Shown: positions 38,401 to 52,300 of the stretch, in pieces
Position numbering within the stretch: the first letter of the stretch is position 1
How the letters are laid out: each line of letters starts with the position of its first letter
Source: Podarcis gaigeae
Taxonomy: Eukaryota
DNA length: 64,000 bases
Reading direction: 5' to 3' (one strand)
Assembly (NCBI GenBank): GCA_964106915.2
Contig: OZ066919.1
Notes under the pieces: generated by a model
What the model was told of the DNA's origin: nothing
The model's database searches: none
What the model saw: the letters and a program-made list of their open reading frames with translations, nothing else
Translations under genes and position numbers: made by a program

Positions 38401-40258
38401 AATCTACAGAGTCAATAGCAATGACTCAAATAAGGAGGGTTATGGAGTTTCCTTAAATGAAACTCCCAGAAATACACACTGGATTAAAAAATTGAATTTT
38501 TCAGAAGCAATGAATTTTCAGAAGCAATGAATTCCCATCACTATTCTGGACCCAGACATATTTAATGTTAACTTCACACATAACCAGATTCCTGCAATGA
38601 AGGCATTTCCATATAGAAATTCACAGGAAACCCAAAATGTAACCATAACGTGTGAAGATGCTGCACTCAAAAGAGTTCCCCTCCGCCCCCATACGCAGTG
38701 GGAAAATGCAGATAGCTAAAGCTTCCCAGCAGGCAATGAAATACCACAGGAGTTTGGCAGATTTCATGTTCATTTTTTTCAAGCCAGTATCTTCTATGTG
38801 GAATCGTCACATATGACATCCTCCAAAACTTGTCTAGTACCAGATGAACCTCTATGTGCAATGGCAGCAGAACTTACCCCAGCCTCTTGCTTGGTCTTTT
38901 TGGCTTGGTCATCCACTGCAGAGCTCTCCTGCAATCGAAAATTATGACTTTTGAGCAGCAGAAAAGACAGAAGGCCAAAGACACTTTGCTCCTGCAATAA
39001 ACGTAACCCCCACTGCCCGCCCCCCGTCCTGTGCTTCTTACTAGGGACACCTGAAAATGGGGAGGGCTAGAGTGACCTGGGAAGAGATCATACCAGCTGC
39101 CAAAGGGCCACTAGCCAGCACATAAGGCACAAACAAACACACTGCTGGGAATGTCTGGTGATGGGCTAGCAATGGCTGTGGAGAGAGACTCACCAGGGCA
39201 CGTTTACGTGAGAGAGAGAGACTTTTCTGAAGCTTGCTGAGGAAGAGGATAGCTCCCTTGGTACCACGTGTCGACAGAATCGTCGAACTTTTCTCTTCTG
39301 GTTCTGGAAGAGAGAATGCAGTGTTTAGGGAAGCTGCCAGATACTAGTCCATCTAGCTCAGGACTCTACTGTCTACAATGACTGTGGCAGCAGCTTTCCA
39401 GGGTTCCCTGAACTACCTGGAGATGCTGCAGATTGAACCTGGAATGGCCTGGGAAGAGTCCCCAAGGACCAGGCAGAGAGGCCTGGAAGCAAGGTTGCCC
39501 ACTCCCCTTGTGAGGCTCCCCTTGTAGGAGAATCCCCAGGCCTGGGTTCCTTGGGACTCTCTACCTGGAGAGCTCTTGAAGGCATCATAAAACTGGCTCA
39601 GATAGGTGATCAAGCCAAGCCTCTGAGGTTCAGACATCGAAGCCATTTCAGTGCTGGAGAGGACCGGAGGGATCCCTAGCTCTTGCTCTGCCACGTCTAA
39701 GGCCAGCTGGTTGTTCCCAATGGGGTCGTTCTGGTTGAGTGCGTTGACGTCTCTAGAGAAGGAAGATACAAAGTCAAGGTGACTGACAGGACTTAGCCCA
39801 GACTGAGAGAAACTTTAACCAGACACCTGAAGAAGAAGGTGAAGTGTGTGACGGTTTCTTTAAAAACGATAGCAGCACAACTCCCAGCTCATGCCAAGCT
39901 GGCTTGTGTGAAGCAGCTGCCATGTGCGTTACTGGGCACCAGGAGGCAGTCACACAAATTATGTTTCACTTTAAACAAAGCAAGAGAACCACACACAGCA
40001 CTGCTTCCAGTAATGGGATGTCAGCCAGCAATCTTCCCACCGCTGTTTTAACAAGCTTGCTCCCATCTCATTTCACTATGCAAGGACAGGAAGACTCCCT
40101 GCTTCTCTTAATCACCAAAAACAGGCAAATGAAATGTCGCTGCCATCCTATCTGGCAGGCAAGACTGTGAAGCAACAGACTCCCAGTTTGGGGAGTCCGT
40201 GGAAGCCGCCCAGAGTGGCTGGGGAGGCCCAGCCATATGGGTGGGGCATAAATAATAA

Positions 40259-40309
<51 letters not shown>

Positions 40310-43300
40310 GCCATTAACCCCCTGAAACACCCTCTAGGAATTGAGAAACATGCAGAGACTGCTTTGTGGGTGGGGCAGGGGACCTTTTTCAGACTAAAGA
40401 CCACACTCCCTTCCCACAGCCTGGGTAGAGTGTCACATGGCAGTGGCAGGCAGGGGGACCAGCAGCAAAAGTGAATAGAGCAATTAGTGTAAATTCTATC
40501 TTTGTACAGTGGCTGGTTTCTTCATGCCTGCACCTCCCTCTCTCTCCTCCATCAAGGTAAGTGAGAGGCCTGATCAGATCTTAAGACACATGCCAGCCAG
40601 GCATAGGGACTCAAGGAGGTGCAAAATAAAGGTGTGGCTGAAGAAAAGATGTTATGGGGAAAGTCCCACAGGAGAGACCTGGAGAGATGTGTTTGGCTCC
40701 TGGGCCTGAGGTTCCCCATCCCTGCTCCGTGGCAACATAAACATGAGCAGAGGCATCTTTTAAAGTCACATCTGCCTTTATGCTCCCCCCTTTCTCCGTG
40801 ACTGGTAAGAGAGAGGGAGGAAAGGATGGTTGCTGTGGGGAAGAGGCTAGAGAATTGGTACCTCTCTAGATCAGCAGAGCAAAAGCTACCTGCAGGCCAC
40901 AAGATCTTCCCATGCCTGGCCTAGCTTGACCCTGGCATCTAAGGCTCAGTGGGCTCCCTTTGGTTCTGAACCTCCAACACAAAGGAAGGCTAGGATGGAA
41001 GCGTTCAGCTCTGCTTTTCTGAAGTAGAACTCTATAGAGTAGGAGAGGTTCCACTTACAACAAAGGCAGCAGCACCATGTGATGATTTCTAGAGGAGGGG
41101 TGGGGGATAGATGCTGAGCTTCCCAAAATGGGAGCAAATCACCAGGTCTGTAACGGAGATCCCTAGGCTGACTAGATCTGTGGCTCACACACACAGCTTC
41201 TATTCCAGCATCAAATGGCAACTTGCATGTGTGTGTGAGCCACCACAGATCAAACTTCTTGCAAATCTCTGCATATCACTTTGTACACAATACATTTCAC
41301 TGCAGTCCGTTCACACTCTCAGCTGTGTTATAAAGAATCAAGAAATAAAGTGATGTACAGGCATATATGGACTAGCCCTTAATTTAGGCCTTTGGGATAC
41401 ACAGTTTGCTGAATGTGTATGTGTGTGTGATTTAGAAAAAAGCACTTAGCCACAGAATGAGTTGACCTGCACAACAAATTTTTTCTACAAATGGACAGTA
41501 TAATCACTCTGAAGTAGCATTTCCTGAGCAGTACAGCAATGGCTAATCGTTATGCCTTTAGAAAGTTTGCCTCTAATGTGCCCATAAGCATTCCCTCCCT
41601 CTGGCAAGGCTCACTCACAGAAGATCTGGTCGGAAGTGATGTATGAGGGCACACAGGGCCAGGCCACTTTTCCAGGAGGATGTGAAATCTTCTACCTTGA
41701 TGCCACGATAATTTGCTGTATTAGTTTGACACCAGCTAAGCAGCTCCTCGTAGGCTCTGTTGGAATCTGGAGAAGGGTGGATGAAGGATGATGGAGAGGA
41801 GAGAGGGAAAGAGCAAACCAAGCTAAGGGTACGTGAAAAAGAGACACTTGGTCCAGTTCCCAAGATGTACCTAGTGACAAGCAGGGATTGGGAACCTTTG
41901 GCCCAATCTTCTTCCGCCCCCTCCCCTGGGGGCGAACTCTAATCTTCTGACGTCTTGATGGCATCAGATGACTTGATGGATGAGCAGTCCAACCCATCTA
42001 GCCAAGCTGACCCGCAGGAAAGGGGTTGGCAAAGCAGCACCCAGCAGGACTGAACCCTCCACTCACCATTCCCTGCTTGGGCTACACTTGTGAAGCAACA
42101 CCCAACTGGATTGAAAAACACCTCCCACCACTGACATCAGCCAGTTACATCAGATGATAGACAAGTGGGTATGGTTTGGGAGGAGAAATGGCCTCATGAG
42201 TCCAACTGGACCCCCTGGCAGACCAAGATTAGCCTGTGGGTCAGCGGTTTAATAGGAATTAATAGGATTTCTGTAATGCACAGTACCTAGTCTGGCAGCA
42301 TATTGGGGTTTATTGTCTGAACTTTTCCTCCTCCATCAGAGCTCAGAAAAGGGGAAAAGCCTAACACATAGCTACCAACATAGATGAGACTGTGTATGTG
42401 CTACTTTAGGATTAGGGCAGACTGCTGTACTCCAAGTCCAGCTAAATAGGGAGCTTCAGCCAGCTTTTATGCTGACAACATGTGACTGCTTTGCCTAAAC
42501 CACAGCTCTGTGCAATAGGAATAATAATAATAATTTATTATTTATACCCCAGCCACTCTGGGCGGCCTCCAACAGAACACTAAAATATAATAACCCATCA
42601 AACATTAAAAGCTTCCCTAAACAGGGTTCCCTTCAGATGTCTTCTAAAAGTTTGGTAGTTACTTTTCTCTTTGACATCTGGTGGGAGGGTGTTCCACAGG
42701 GCGGGTGCCACTACCGAGAAGGCCCTCTGCCTGGTTCCCTGTAACTTGGCTTCTTGCAGCGAGGGAACTGCCAGAAGGCCCTCAGTGCTGGACCTCGGTG
42801 TCCGGACAGAACGATGGGGGTGGAGACGCTCCTTCAGGTATACTGGACCAAGGCCGTTTAGGGCTTTAAAGGTCAGCACCAACACTTTGAATTGTGCTCG
42901 GAAACATACTGGGAGCCAGTGTAGGTCTTTCAAGACCGGTGTTATATGACAGGAAGAACAACCACCAAAGTATACTTTGCTTCCATCAAAAGCAGTACAG
43001 CACAGGGCTAGCCTGGCACCACTGACCCTACCCTGATGCCACACAGGAACCCACAACAATCACATTACCATCATCTGCACCGCTGATTTACACATCAGCA
43101 TGCAATAGACTTCTAACAACATCCTTAGCTTGGAATCCATCAACGCACAGCCTAAAAGCTGGGTGGAAGTGAATCGGAGAAGTCTTCCTAGTAGCTAGCA
43201 CTCCATTTCTAACCAGAGTGATAGTGAACGGGCAGGTCACATTATCTCCCCACCTCCTAAAACACACAGTTATTTGCTAACCATCACAAGGGCTATTCCA

Positions 43301-46300
43301 TAAGCAGAGCAAGGCCAAGGGGAACAGACTGGGCTATGGAAAACAATGACACTGTGGGAGGAAACATGAGAAAACACAGAGAAGAAACAAGAGAGCTGTA
43401 ATTTAAAGAGGGAAGGGAGAGCCAGAGGGACAGAAATGCACACACACACGTAAGAGAAGGCAGAAAAACAGTTCAAGAAGTGAAGAGCGATCGGTGGCAT
43501 TTTTAGTTTATTTCATAGAAAGCTGGGAAGGAAAATGCTACAACTGGAGCAAAATATAACAGATAAACGCCCTCTCCATTGTTTAAGAACTGGGCAGCAG
43601 GGGATTTTTCCCCACAGAAGTGATAGTTTGGGAGTGAGAGATTGTGACAAATGTGTGTTTCTCTCCTGGGAGATGACTAGGAGTTTTTACACCCAAGTTT
43701 ACATCAGAATAAAAGGGAATTTCACTGTGGAAAGATTTGGACAATCTTTCTCCAGGGGACCTTGGCATGCCTGCAGTGAGGCAAAAATACGGCAAGGCCT
43801 TAGTTCTGGACTTCTTGCCAACCAAGAGGCAAACCAGCCCCAAGACAAGTCAGCCATGTTGCACAGAGCTAACCAAGTTACAGTCCAGAGTCAACTGGCT
43901 GGCTGACTATAACAGACCAAAGTTTCCTCAATCCTATTAAGACAACTGGATTCTGCTACTCTATTATGAAGGTGTATGCTGTGTGCTTGTGGATCATGGG
44001 AATATTGCCCAAAATGCAGGTGTATTCCTGGGATGTTTTTTCCCCCAAAGGAATATCCTGAACCAGTTTTCTTCTGGGGTAACAAAATTGAAGCACTTCC
44101 AGAAGTGGAACCGTAGAGAATGGGTGGAGGGAGAAAACGAATTGCAAAAAGGACTGAGATCAGAGAACAAAAACCCAGCAAAAAAAGAAAGAAAAAGATC
44201 TCCTATATACTAGTAACAATCTGCTGACATTGACTTGTGGACTCTATACACTATGCCAGAACACTTGAAAGTAGTCAGCCTTAACACTGATTCCTCTCTG
44301 CTAAGAAAACCTGCCTTCAGAGACTATTTTGCAAATTACAGACCATTGAGCAAAGCCAGACAAACATCTGTCTGGGATGCTGCAGGCAGTAGGTCTCTTG
44401 TTCCAGACTCAACTGAGTCTCTCCCAATTTTATGTTTAATCTATGTGCAGAGCGGTGTGGATTCTGCACATGCAGAACTGAGTATCTCCAGAATCTCAAT
44501 CCTCATTATTTCAAAACAGGACATTTCTAGCCTTTATGGAGACAAAGGAAGGTTTGAAAAATGTGTCAGCAATGTCTGGATGGTAAGAGCTGTTCAACAG
44601 TGGAACAGGCTACCTTGGAAGGTGGTAGAAGTTTTAAAACAGAAGTTGGATGACCATCTGTCAAGGTTTCCTGATGCAGTGACTCCTACACTGCAGGGGT
44701 CTGGAAGAGATGACTAAAACTGGACTTCAGGGGGGGGGGAGGTATATTGGTGCCTTGCCCATATCTAGCAAAAGTGGAACTCGCAAAACAACTAAATATA
44801 TACACATTGCTTCATTTTCTTACTACATAAGAAGCCACCCTATTCAGCTTTCATTGTCACAGAATCTTGGTTTGTTTTGTTTTTAGCAAAGGCAACATTG
44901 TCTTGTCTATGGAGAACCAGGAACAGTCTGTTAGAGTGAATGCTTGGGATCACTCTTCCACATCCCAGTTTGAAAGACAGCAATATTGACCCAGATATTT
45001 GCTGCTTGGGGGTAAAGCAGAGTCCTAGGGAAGGAAAAGCAAGCAGAGAGGTCATATGGGTAGAAAAACAGAAGAGGAGGATCTGCACTTTGTTGTAGAG
45101 AAATCCAGTTCATCTAAAGGGAGAGAACAGCGAGTATGAACAAGTGTGGAGGGGTCTGGTACTGGTTTTCAGGTGGATCCATGCAACCAGTAGCCAGGGG
45201 AGAACATGACCCAGACTTGCCTTTGCTGACTATCTCAGGGCTGCCACGACTTCTTCCTTTCTTCATATCCATTTCAATTTCTCCTGTCACATACAGATTA
45301 CGAACCTGGAAGCAGGTGCACCCAGTTATTTATATCCTATCACTGACCACAGCTTGGATCCAGAAGAAGACCCAGCTAATTCCCCAGGTCTGCAGCTGCC
45401 GAAACGCTTCCTGTGTGGCCCTTAGCATCCCAGCTTGGAAAACACACCACACCCCATTACTCAGAAAAGAACAGCCTTCAGTGCCAGAACAGCACAAAAG
45501 GATGTCTTGCAAGTCTCTTCTCTAAGCTCTATTGCAGCGAATGCCAGCGTTCTTATACATTTCTGTTACTTTCGGAACATGGCTCAGGGACGTGGCATGG
45601 TGCCAGTGTTTAAAAGCTGCAAAGAAGAGTGCACGAGGCAAAGAGAATCATCAGAAAACTGACAAGGAAAAGGAGGAGATATTGTGTTCTTCACCACCAC
45701 CCTATATGTATAGCGATACCTGAGAGGCCTTGATGGCTTGGAGGTTGATGTTTGGGTACCGCGTAGTAGGATCAATGCTGTACTGACTGATGTTCTTGTT
45801 GGTGTTGTCAGGTGAGGTCTGCGACAGCTGCTGATATATGCTCTCCCTGCATGGAGATTAAGCAGGAATGTCCCCCTCTTAGTCCCTCAGCACCAAGATA
45901 CATTGTGTACATGGCACTCACAGCCTTCAGCATTCAGGAGCCTTCAGGCAAAAGAGGAAGATCGACATGCTCTCACCCTTCTCATCTTCACAGCAGTCCC
46001 TCCTCACCTCTTGCCTGGGTCTGTGGGGTGAGCAGCATCAACAAGTTCTCCTGCACTCTCAGATTCCCACTACATCAGACAGTTACACCCATTCCATGCT
46101 CCAGGTCAGTTACTCAACAGCCCTGCAGTCTCCTAGATGATGCTGGGAACTTCCTGAGGTTGGGCAGCAGAACAGAAAGGGGCTCCACCAGCTCACTCAC
46201 TTGCCTGTGTGCAGTTCCTGGTGTCTTATGGCTACCAGGCTAGGGCTTAAAAGACTGAACAAGAGAGCATGAAGCAAAAGACCCTTCAGAAAAGACTGTC

Positions 46301-49300
46301 TATGTATGGTTCAGTGGGAGAAAACTGCCCAAGGCTCTGAAGCACTACTTCTAGACAAAATAGGCAGTCCTGGCTCACTGTATCAATAGCTCTCCTCCCT
46401 ACATTGAACGCATAACCTGGAACATCTATAGACCTCAAGATACCACCACCATCGCCAATCACCCCTCCATCACTGTGGGCAGAGAATGCCCCTTCTCAGA
46501 GTGCTCACCTCTCAGCCAGCACATCCAAAGGGGGCATCCCCGAGGCCCATCTTTTCACCATCCAGGCAGCATCGAAAGCTGCCAGGAACCCTCTGCCCAC
46601 ACCAGTGCCCAAAGGCCAGAATGGCTGGGAAACAAAAAGAGAGAGAAAGAACAAAGAGATGTTTTGGGGTCTCTTAGCAAAATGAGTCAATGAGATACAG
46701 CAGACGTTGGCCAGCAGCTCAGCTGCATCAAAAACGCAGCAGGAAATAGGGATTCCAGGGTGATTCTGGCAGTCGTGGTTAATTCACAGCAGCCCCTCTG
46801 TGTGCTGCATGTTGTTTTGGCAAACGTTTGCACTGAATGGGGGCCCACTCCCCACTCACACCAGGTGTCAGCTGGCTAGCTCTGTTTTGCCAGATAAAGG
46901 GGGCTGCATAGTGAAGTGAATTAGTGCAAAGGATAAAGTGCTAGATCAGAGACAGCAGGTTTTCCAGATGTTGGATGAGCCCTCCAAGCTAGACAAACAG
47001 AAGGGCAGGGTTATTTAAAAAACAAAAACAAACAAACAAAAAACCCAATGCATATGGTCCCCAGGCAAAAGGTTAGCTTCAGGCCTCACAAAATCCAGGG
47101 GCAGATTTGCCTTCAAGCCCAGATAGTCAAGTAACATGGCTCCCTGCTAAGTCCAGGTGAAAGACAGTCTGTCTGAGAAATAAGCAGATTTAAAACAAGA
47201 TAGCAGGTTGCTTAACTTTAAAGAACATTTCAGCTTTCAACACATTTTCTGCAATGGTTCCCATCACAATGCATAAAAGAGGAAAGTGTTTTTTTTCTAA
47301 TCAGCACAGCATTATTTACTGTAATGCAGGTTTATAAACACTCATAGAAATCAATGGGAATGAAAGCTTAGCCAATGCCAGAAAAATCCCAAAGTAAAGC
47401 TCCCATGTAACGCAGTTACAACAAACTTCACACAAATTGTTTAAACCTACATTTCCCAACTGACAGCAATTTTTTAAGATGAGAAAGCTTTTAATGAAAC
47501 CCTCTCCAGTTCTGAACCAGTAATAATAATAATAAAACCAGCATGAGGCAAAGGACCCCCGGACGGTTAAGTCCAGTCAAAGGCAACTATGAGGTTGCAG
47601 CGCTCATTTCGCTTTCAGGGCAAGGGAGTCGGTGTTGGTCCACAGACAGCTTTCTGGCTCATGAGGCCAGCGTGACTAAACCGCTTCTGGCGCAACAGAA
47701 CACCATGACAGAAACCAGAGTGCACGGAAATGCCGTCTACCTTCCCGCTGCAGTGGTACCTATTTATCTACTTTCACTGGTGTACTTTTGAATTGCTAGG
47801 TTGGCAGGAGCTGGGACAGAGCAACGGGAGCTCACCCCATTGCACGGATTCAAACAGCCAACCTTCAGATCAGCAAGCCCAAGAGGCTCAGTGGTTTAGA
47901 CCACAGCACCACCTGCTCCCCACTGAACCAGTACAATTTCAAGGCAGTGTGTCATGTGATTTTTCTGAACAAGTAGGTCAGTTCATATGGACAGATAAGT
48001 GAATGAGAACTGCAATCAAGGATGGTTGAGATGCACCACCACCATACCCACTCTCCCACTGTGAAAAGGACTCTGTCCATATGCTTGTTGTGGTCTCATT
48101 ATGGGGACACTTACCTCCACCAGGCAGTCCCCCACCAATCCAATGAGCAGCTTGGCACCATTGCAGTCACGCACCAGAGCTGCGTTGTCTGAGCGGCTCA
48201 TGCAGGTGAAGTCGAACATGTCAACATCTGGGCGGCTGCGGTGGTTCAGTGCAAACTGCAAATCAGGCAGCTGGTAATTGGTGGAGAAGTTGGCAGCTTC
48301 CTTGGCGTAAGCAAGAAGAGCTTCTTGGTTCACATTCTCTGGAGACAGCAGGCTCTCTATGTCTGACTTGTCCTAGAAATGAATGGAGACCAAGATATCT
48401 TCCATAGCAATAGTAAAAAAATCTTGTTGGAATGTGGCAGAGTTCAAGATTACGGGTGTGTCAATCAGCTCTTGGCCTGGCAGGATCTTTCACCTTCAAA
48501 GCATGTAAATTCAAAAGATGGTTTGGGGTCGCCATCCCCTCCCACATGGTACTTGCAGGAGCTTCAGTCTCTATACGTACATTTAAGATAACTCCTTTTT
48601 TCAGCAGGCTCTGCTTCTTGGCTGTCATGACGAAGTAATGAGTGTCGTCTTTATAGTAGACAATGTTTTCCAAGTCAATGCCTATAATTGTTCAAACACA
48701 AGCAGAAGGTTAAAGGCTGGGGGCTGTTTTCAGCCTAGCACTATGCGAAGCTTCCATCAGTGCAAGGACTTCTGCTTGGGCAAAGGAATGTTCTTCTGCC
48801 CTCTTCTCCCCCCGTCAGTGGCGCAGCGTGGAGGGTGCAGGGGGGGCCAGCCGCACCGGGCGCAACAGCGGGGGGGCGCTCGCTTGCACTCGAGTGCTAA
48901 AATCCACGGGTCAGGGGGCGCAAATTACTTGCCTTGCCCCGGGTACTGACAACCCATGCTACGCCACTGCCCCCCGTGCCCCTAAATCTGTTCCAGGGGT
49001 TCCCCCAACACTCTGGTGTAGATTTGGGGGAACACAGGACACACACACAGCAGGAAGAAGAGGAGGGAACTTCCATTGTACAAGAGGAAAGCCTTCTGAT
49101 GATGTAACATGGTACTTTGTACTACCAGATTTTAGAAGACATCTGAAGGCAGCCCTGTTTAGGGAAGCTTTTAATGTTTAATAGGTTATTGTATTTTAAT
49201 GTTCCATTGGAAGCCGCCCAGCATGGCTGGGAAACCCAGCCAGATGGGCGGGGTATAAATACATCATCATCATCATCATTATTATTATTATTTACATGTA

Positions 49301-52300
49301 AGATGGCTTACATGGATTTAAGTTCATGGAAGGCTATCAATAGCTACTAGTCATGATAGCTGCATGTTGCTTTCAAGACCAGAGGCAGCGTGTCTCTGAA
49401 TACTAATTGCTGGGGAAACACAGTCGGGGAGGCTGGCCATTGCCCTCATGATTGGTTTGCAGACTTCCCAAAGGCATCTGGTTGGCCACTGTAAGAAAGC
49501 AGGATTTTTGACAAAGCAGGTCTTTGGTTTGATCCAAGAGAGCTCTTCCTTTGTGCTTACAGAGCTTTATATAGTTGGCACTTGAGGAAACAAATATCCT
49601 ATCTGCCAAAAATCCCATGCCAAGAAAGCCTGATTTGTTAAACTACCCAAACAAGCAGATTTGCATAATTTATTCAGCTTCTATTGGAATGTATCCAAAA
49701 TGGCAAGGATCCAGGACTGGTCAAAAAGGTATTTGAAACAGGTTGACCCTTTTCCATTTGCTGTGTGGGCTTCCCCGTTTTCTCTCACTGCAAACTACAG
49801 AATGACATAGATTTTATTGAAGGCACAAGGGGAAAGTGTCATTAACTGTAGGTAAGAAGCACCCGGCCCAGACCTGTTTTGTTGTAGAGGTTTTGGAAGA
49901 ATTTCTGGTTGTAGATGCGAGCCACGCCGCTGATCTCGGCCACCTCCACCTCAGCCCTGCTGTGATGATTAATGAAGTTGGTGGTGATGCCAATGGCCAG
50001 TTTCCCACGGGTCTCCTTCCGCTTAAAGCCTGGAGATAAACACACAAAGAGAGCTAGTCCTGAAGGAAAGGGAAGGGTTGGCAGTTTGTGAAAGGACTAG
50101 GTAAAGGATAGAAGAACAGAACATGGGGCCTGTTCCCTCATCTGAAATATGGTAACACCCCAAAAGTGTCCAGACTAGCCACTCTATTTCTAGTAGTGGA
50201 GTAGCAAACGCCAAGCCCCAGCTCCATTGAATATCATGATCTCTGAAGAGTTGCATGGGATTTACCAGCTCTCAAGGTGACACCATGAGGAATTCTGATT
50301 GAACGTTGCGAGAAAGCTCAGCACCATGGCAGGACGCCAATTGTATTCATCTATTATGATCTGAAATGCTAGCAGCATTTCACAAAAGCCGAATGGGGTC
50401 TCTCTGTTTGGGGAATTGTTGGTAGGGCTTGAAAAATACTGCAGCACTCCTATAAAGGTGTGGGAAATGAAAGGAGAGGGGCAAGGAAATGCTGGAGTGG
50501 AGTGGCAGGTCAGCTCTGAAAATGGTCTGGGCAAGCCCCAGTAAAAGCTGCCACCAGAGCCAGCTTCCTGGTGCCAAAGCGTCTACAGAGAATGTTCCCT
50601 CTCCCTTTGCTTTTCATCTCCTCTCCTGCCCCAAGGCAAGATGCCTTTCAGATTTTTTTATAACCCAAGCTATTATCAATGGTTGGCGTTGTGGTAGGCT
50701 GGGCAGCTGCTCTTGCCGACGCACCTAAAGGCCTCTTGAGGAGCCCTTGATTTGGTATTGAGGGAGATCAGGAGAAGCAGACCAGATGAAAGCAAAACCT
50801 TAAGTCGGGGGGGGAAAATGTCCAGTAGCACCTTAGAGACCAACTAAGTTTGTTCTGGGTATAAGCTTTTGTGTGCATGCACATGAAAGCTTATACCCAG
50901 AACAAACTTAGTTGGTCTCTAAGGGCTACTGGACATTATTTATTTATTTATTTCTACTGCGTCAGAGCAACACGGCTACCCACCTGAATCCAAAACCTTA
51001 AGTGTCAAACTCATGGTCTCTAGGTCAACTCCCCAACTGACAAAATGAAAAACATTTAAACACACTCAAAAAGAGGCAATTTCAGTTTACTCTACTTCAC
51101 TCAGCTTGCAGATTCCAGGGCAAATATTAATTCTGTACAAACATTTCCCCAAACAACCAAAAATATAGGAAGCAGGGCTCCCCTGAATTCTGAGTGTCAT
51201 AAAAGCTGAGGTTTGGGGAAGTGTCTACCATCCCCAAAATCTGCAATAATGCTTTGGCCTTTCACTTGGCTAAGCACCATATCTACAAACTGGACTGCAT
51301 CTGCATTGAGTTGCCCTGTTTGTTCCTAGAAAACTTGTAGCTTTGCCCTTTATTCTATCTGCTGGAGGTGCTCAGTACAGGGGAAGGGGAGAACCTGATC
51401 ATCACAAGGCCAGAGGCCCAAGTTTCCTCCAGTGTTGAGGAGAGATGTGATTAGAGGCCTAAGGAGCAGTTGATAAGACACTGAGAGCATAAAAAAACCC
51501 AAAAATAAAATCCTCCCACAACCTTAACCAGAGGCGTTAAAGGGCTGCTTACCTTCTGGCACAAACCTGCCACCGCCGGCAGAGATGAGGACGTCAAATT
51601 CACACTGGTTCAGGAGACACGAAGGAGGATGTAGGATGGCTCTCCAGCCACTGACTGTAATAACAGAGGATGGAATCATCAGGATCCCTGCTGCAAAGAC
51701 CGCCAAATCCACCAGACCCTTCCCCAGACTTGCATGTTTATAAAGAAAGCAGGAAGAAAGCAGGAGAAGCTGCAGGTCTCAAAAACAACCCAATCCTGTC
51801 TTGGAATGTGTTAAGGGCACCATAATGTCCTGGTCTGAAACTCAAAAACTGCATTTGTTCACAATTTTGGATATGGGATTGCCTTTGTGGAGGGACCTGT
51901 AGCCAACAGGACACCCATGAACATGTAACAGCTTGACCAAGACGTGCCTCAGAGCCATGCGCTGTGAGAGACCATGATCATTTTTTTGGCAGGGTGTGTC
52001 TGATGGCTTGGTTTCTTTCTGGTTCTGCTTCTATGGCAAAGTAAGGGGGAAATGGACATTTGAAAGTGGAGGCAGAACAGAAAAGAAACTCATCCATGAA
52101 ACAGTTTTTCACTGTGATGTCCTGAGCTACCTTCTCACCTGCAGAAACAAGGGGTGTGGGAGGGGTGTGGATTGGTGCATTGCCCTTAAGGACTCCAAAG
52201 GCTTGAGACTTTTGTCGTTCTTACCTTGTCCATCTGAATTTGCTGCAGGTGGAACGAGCCCCTTAAACTGCACATTGATGTGAACCTGAACCCCCAAGAG

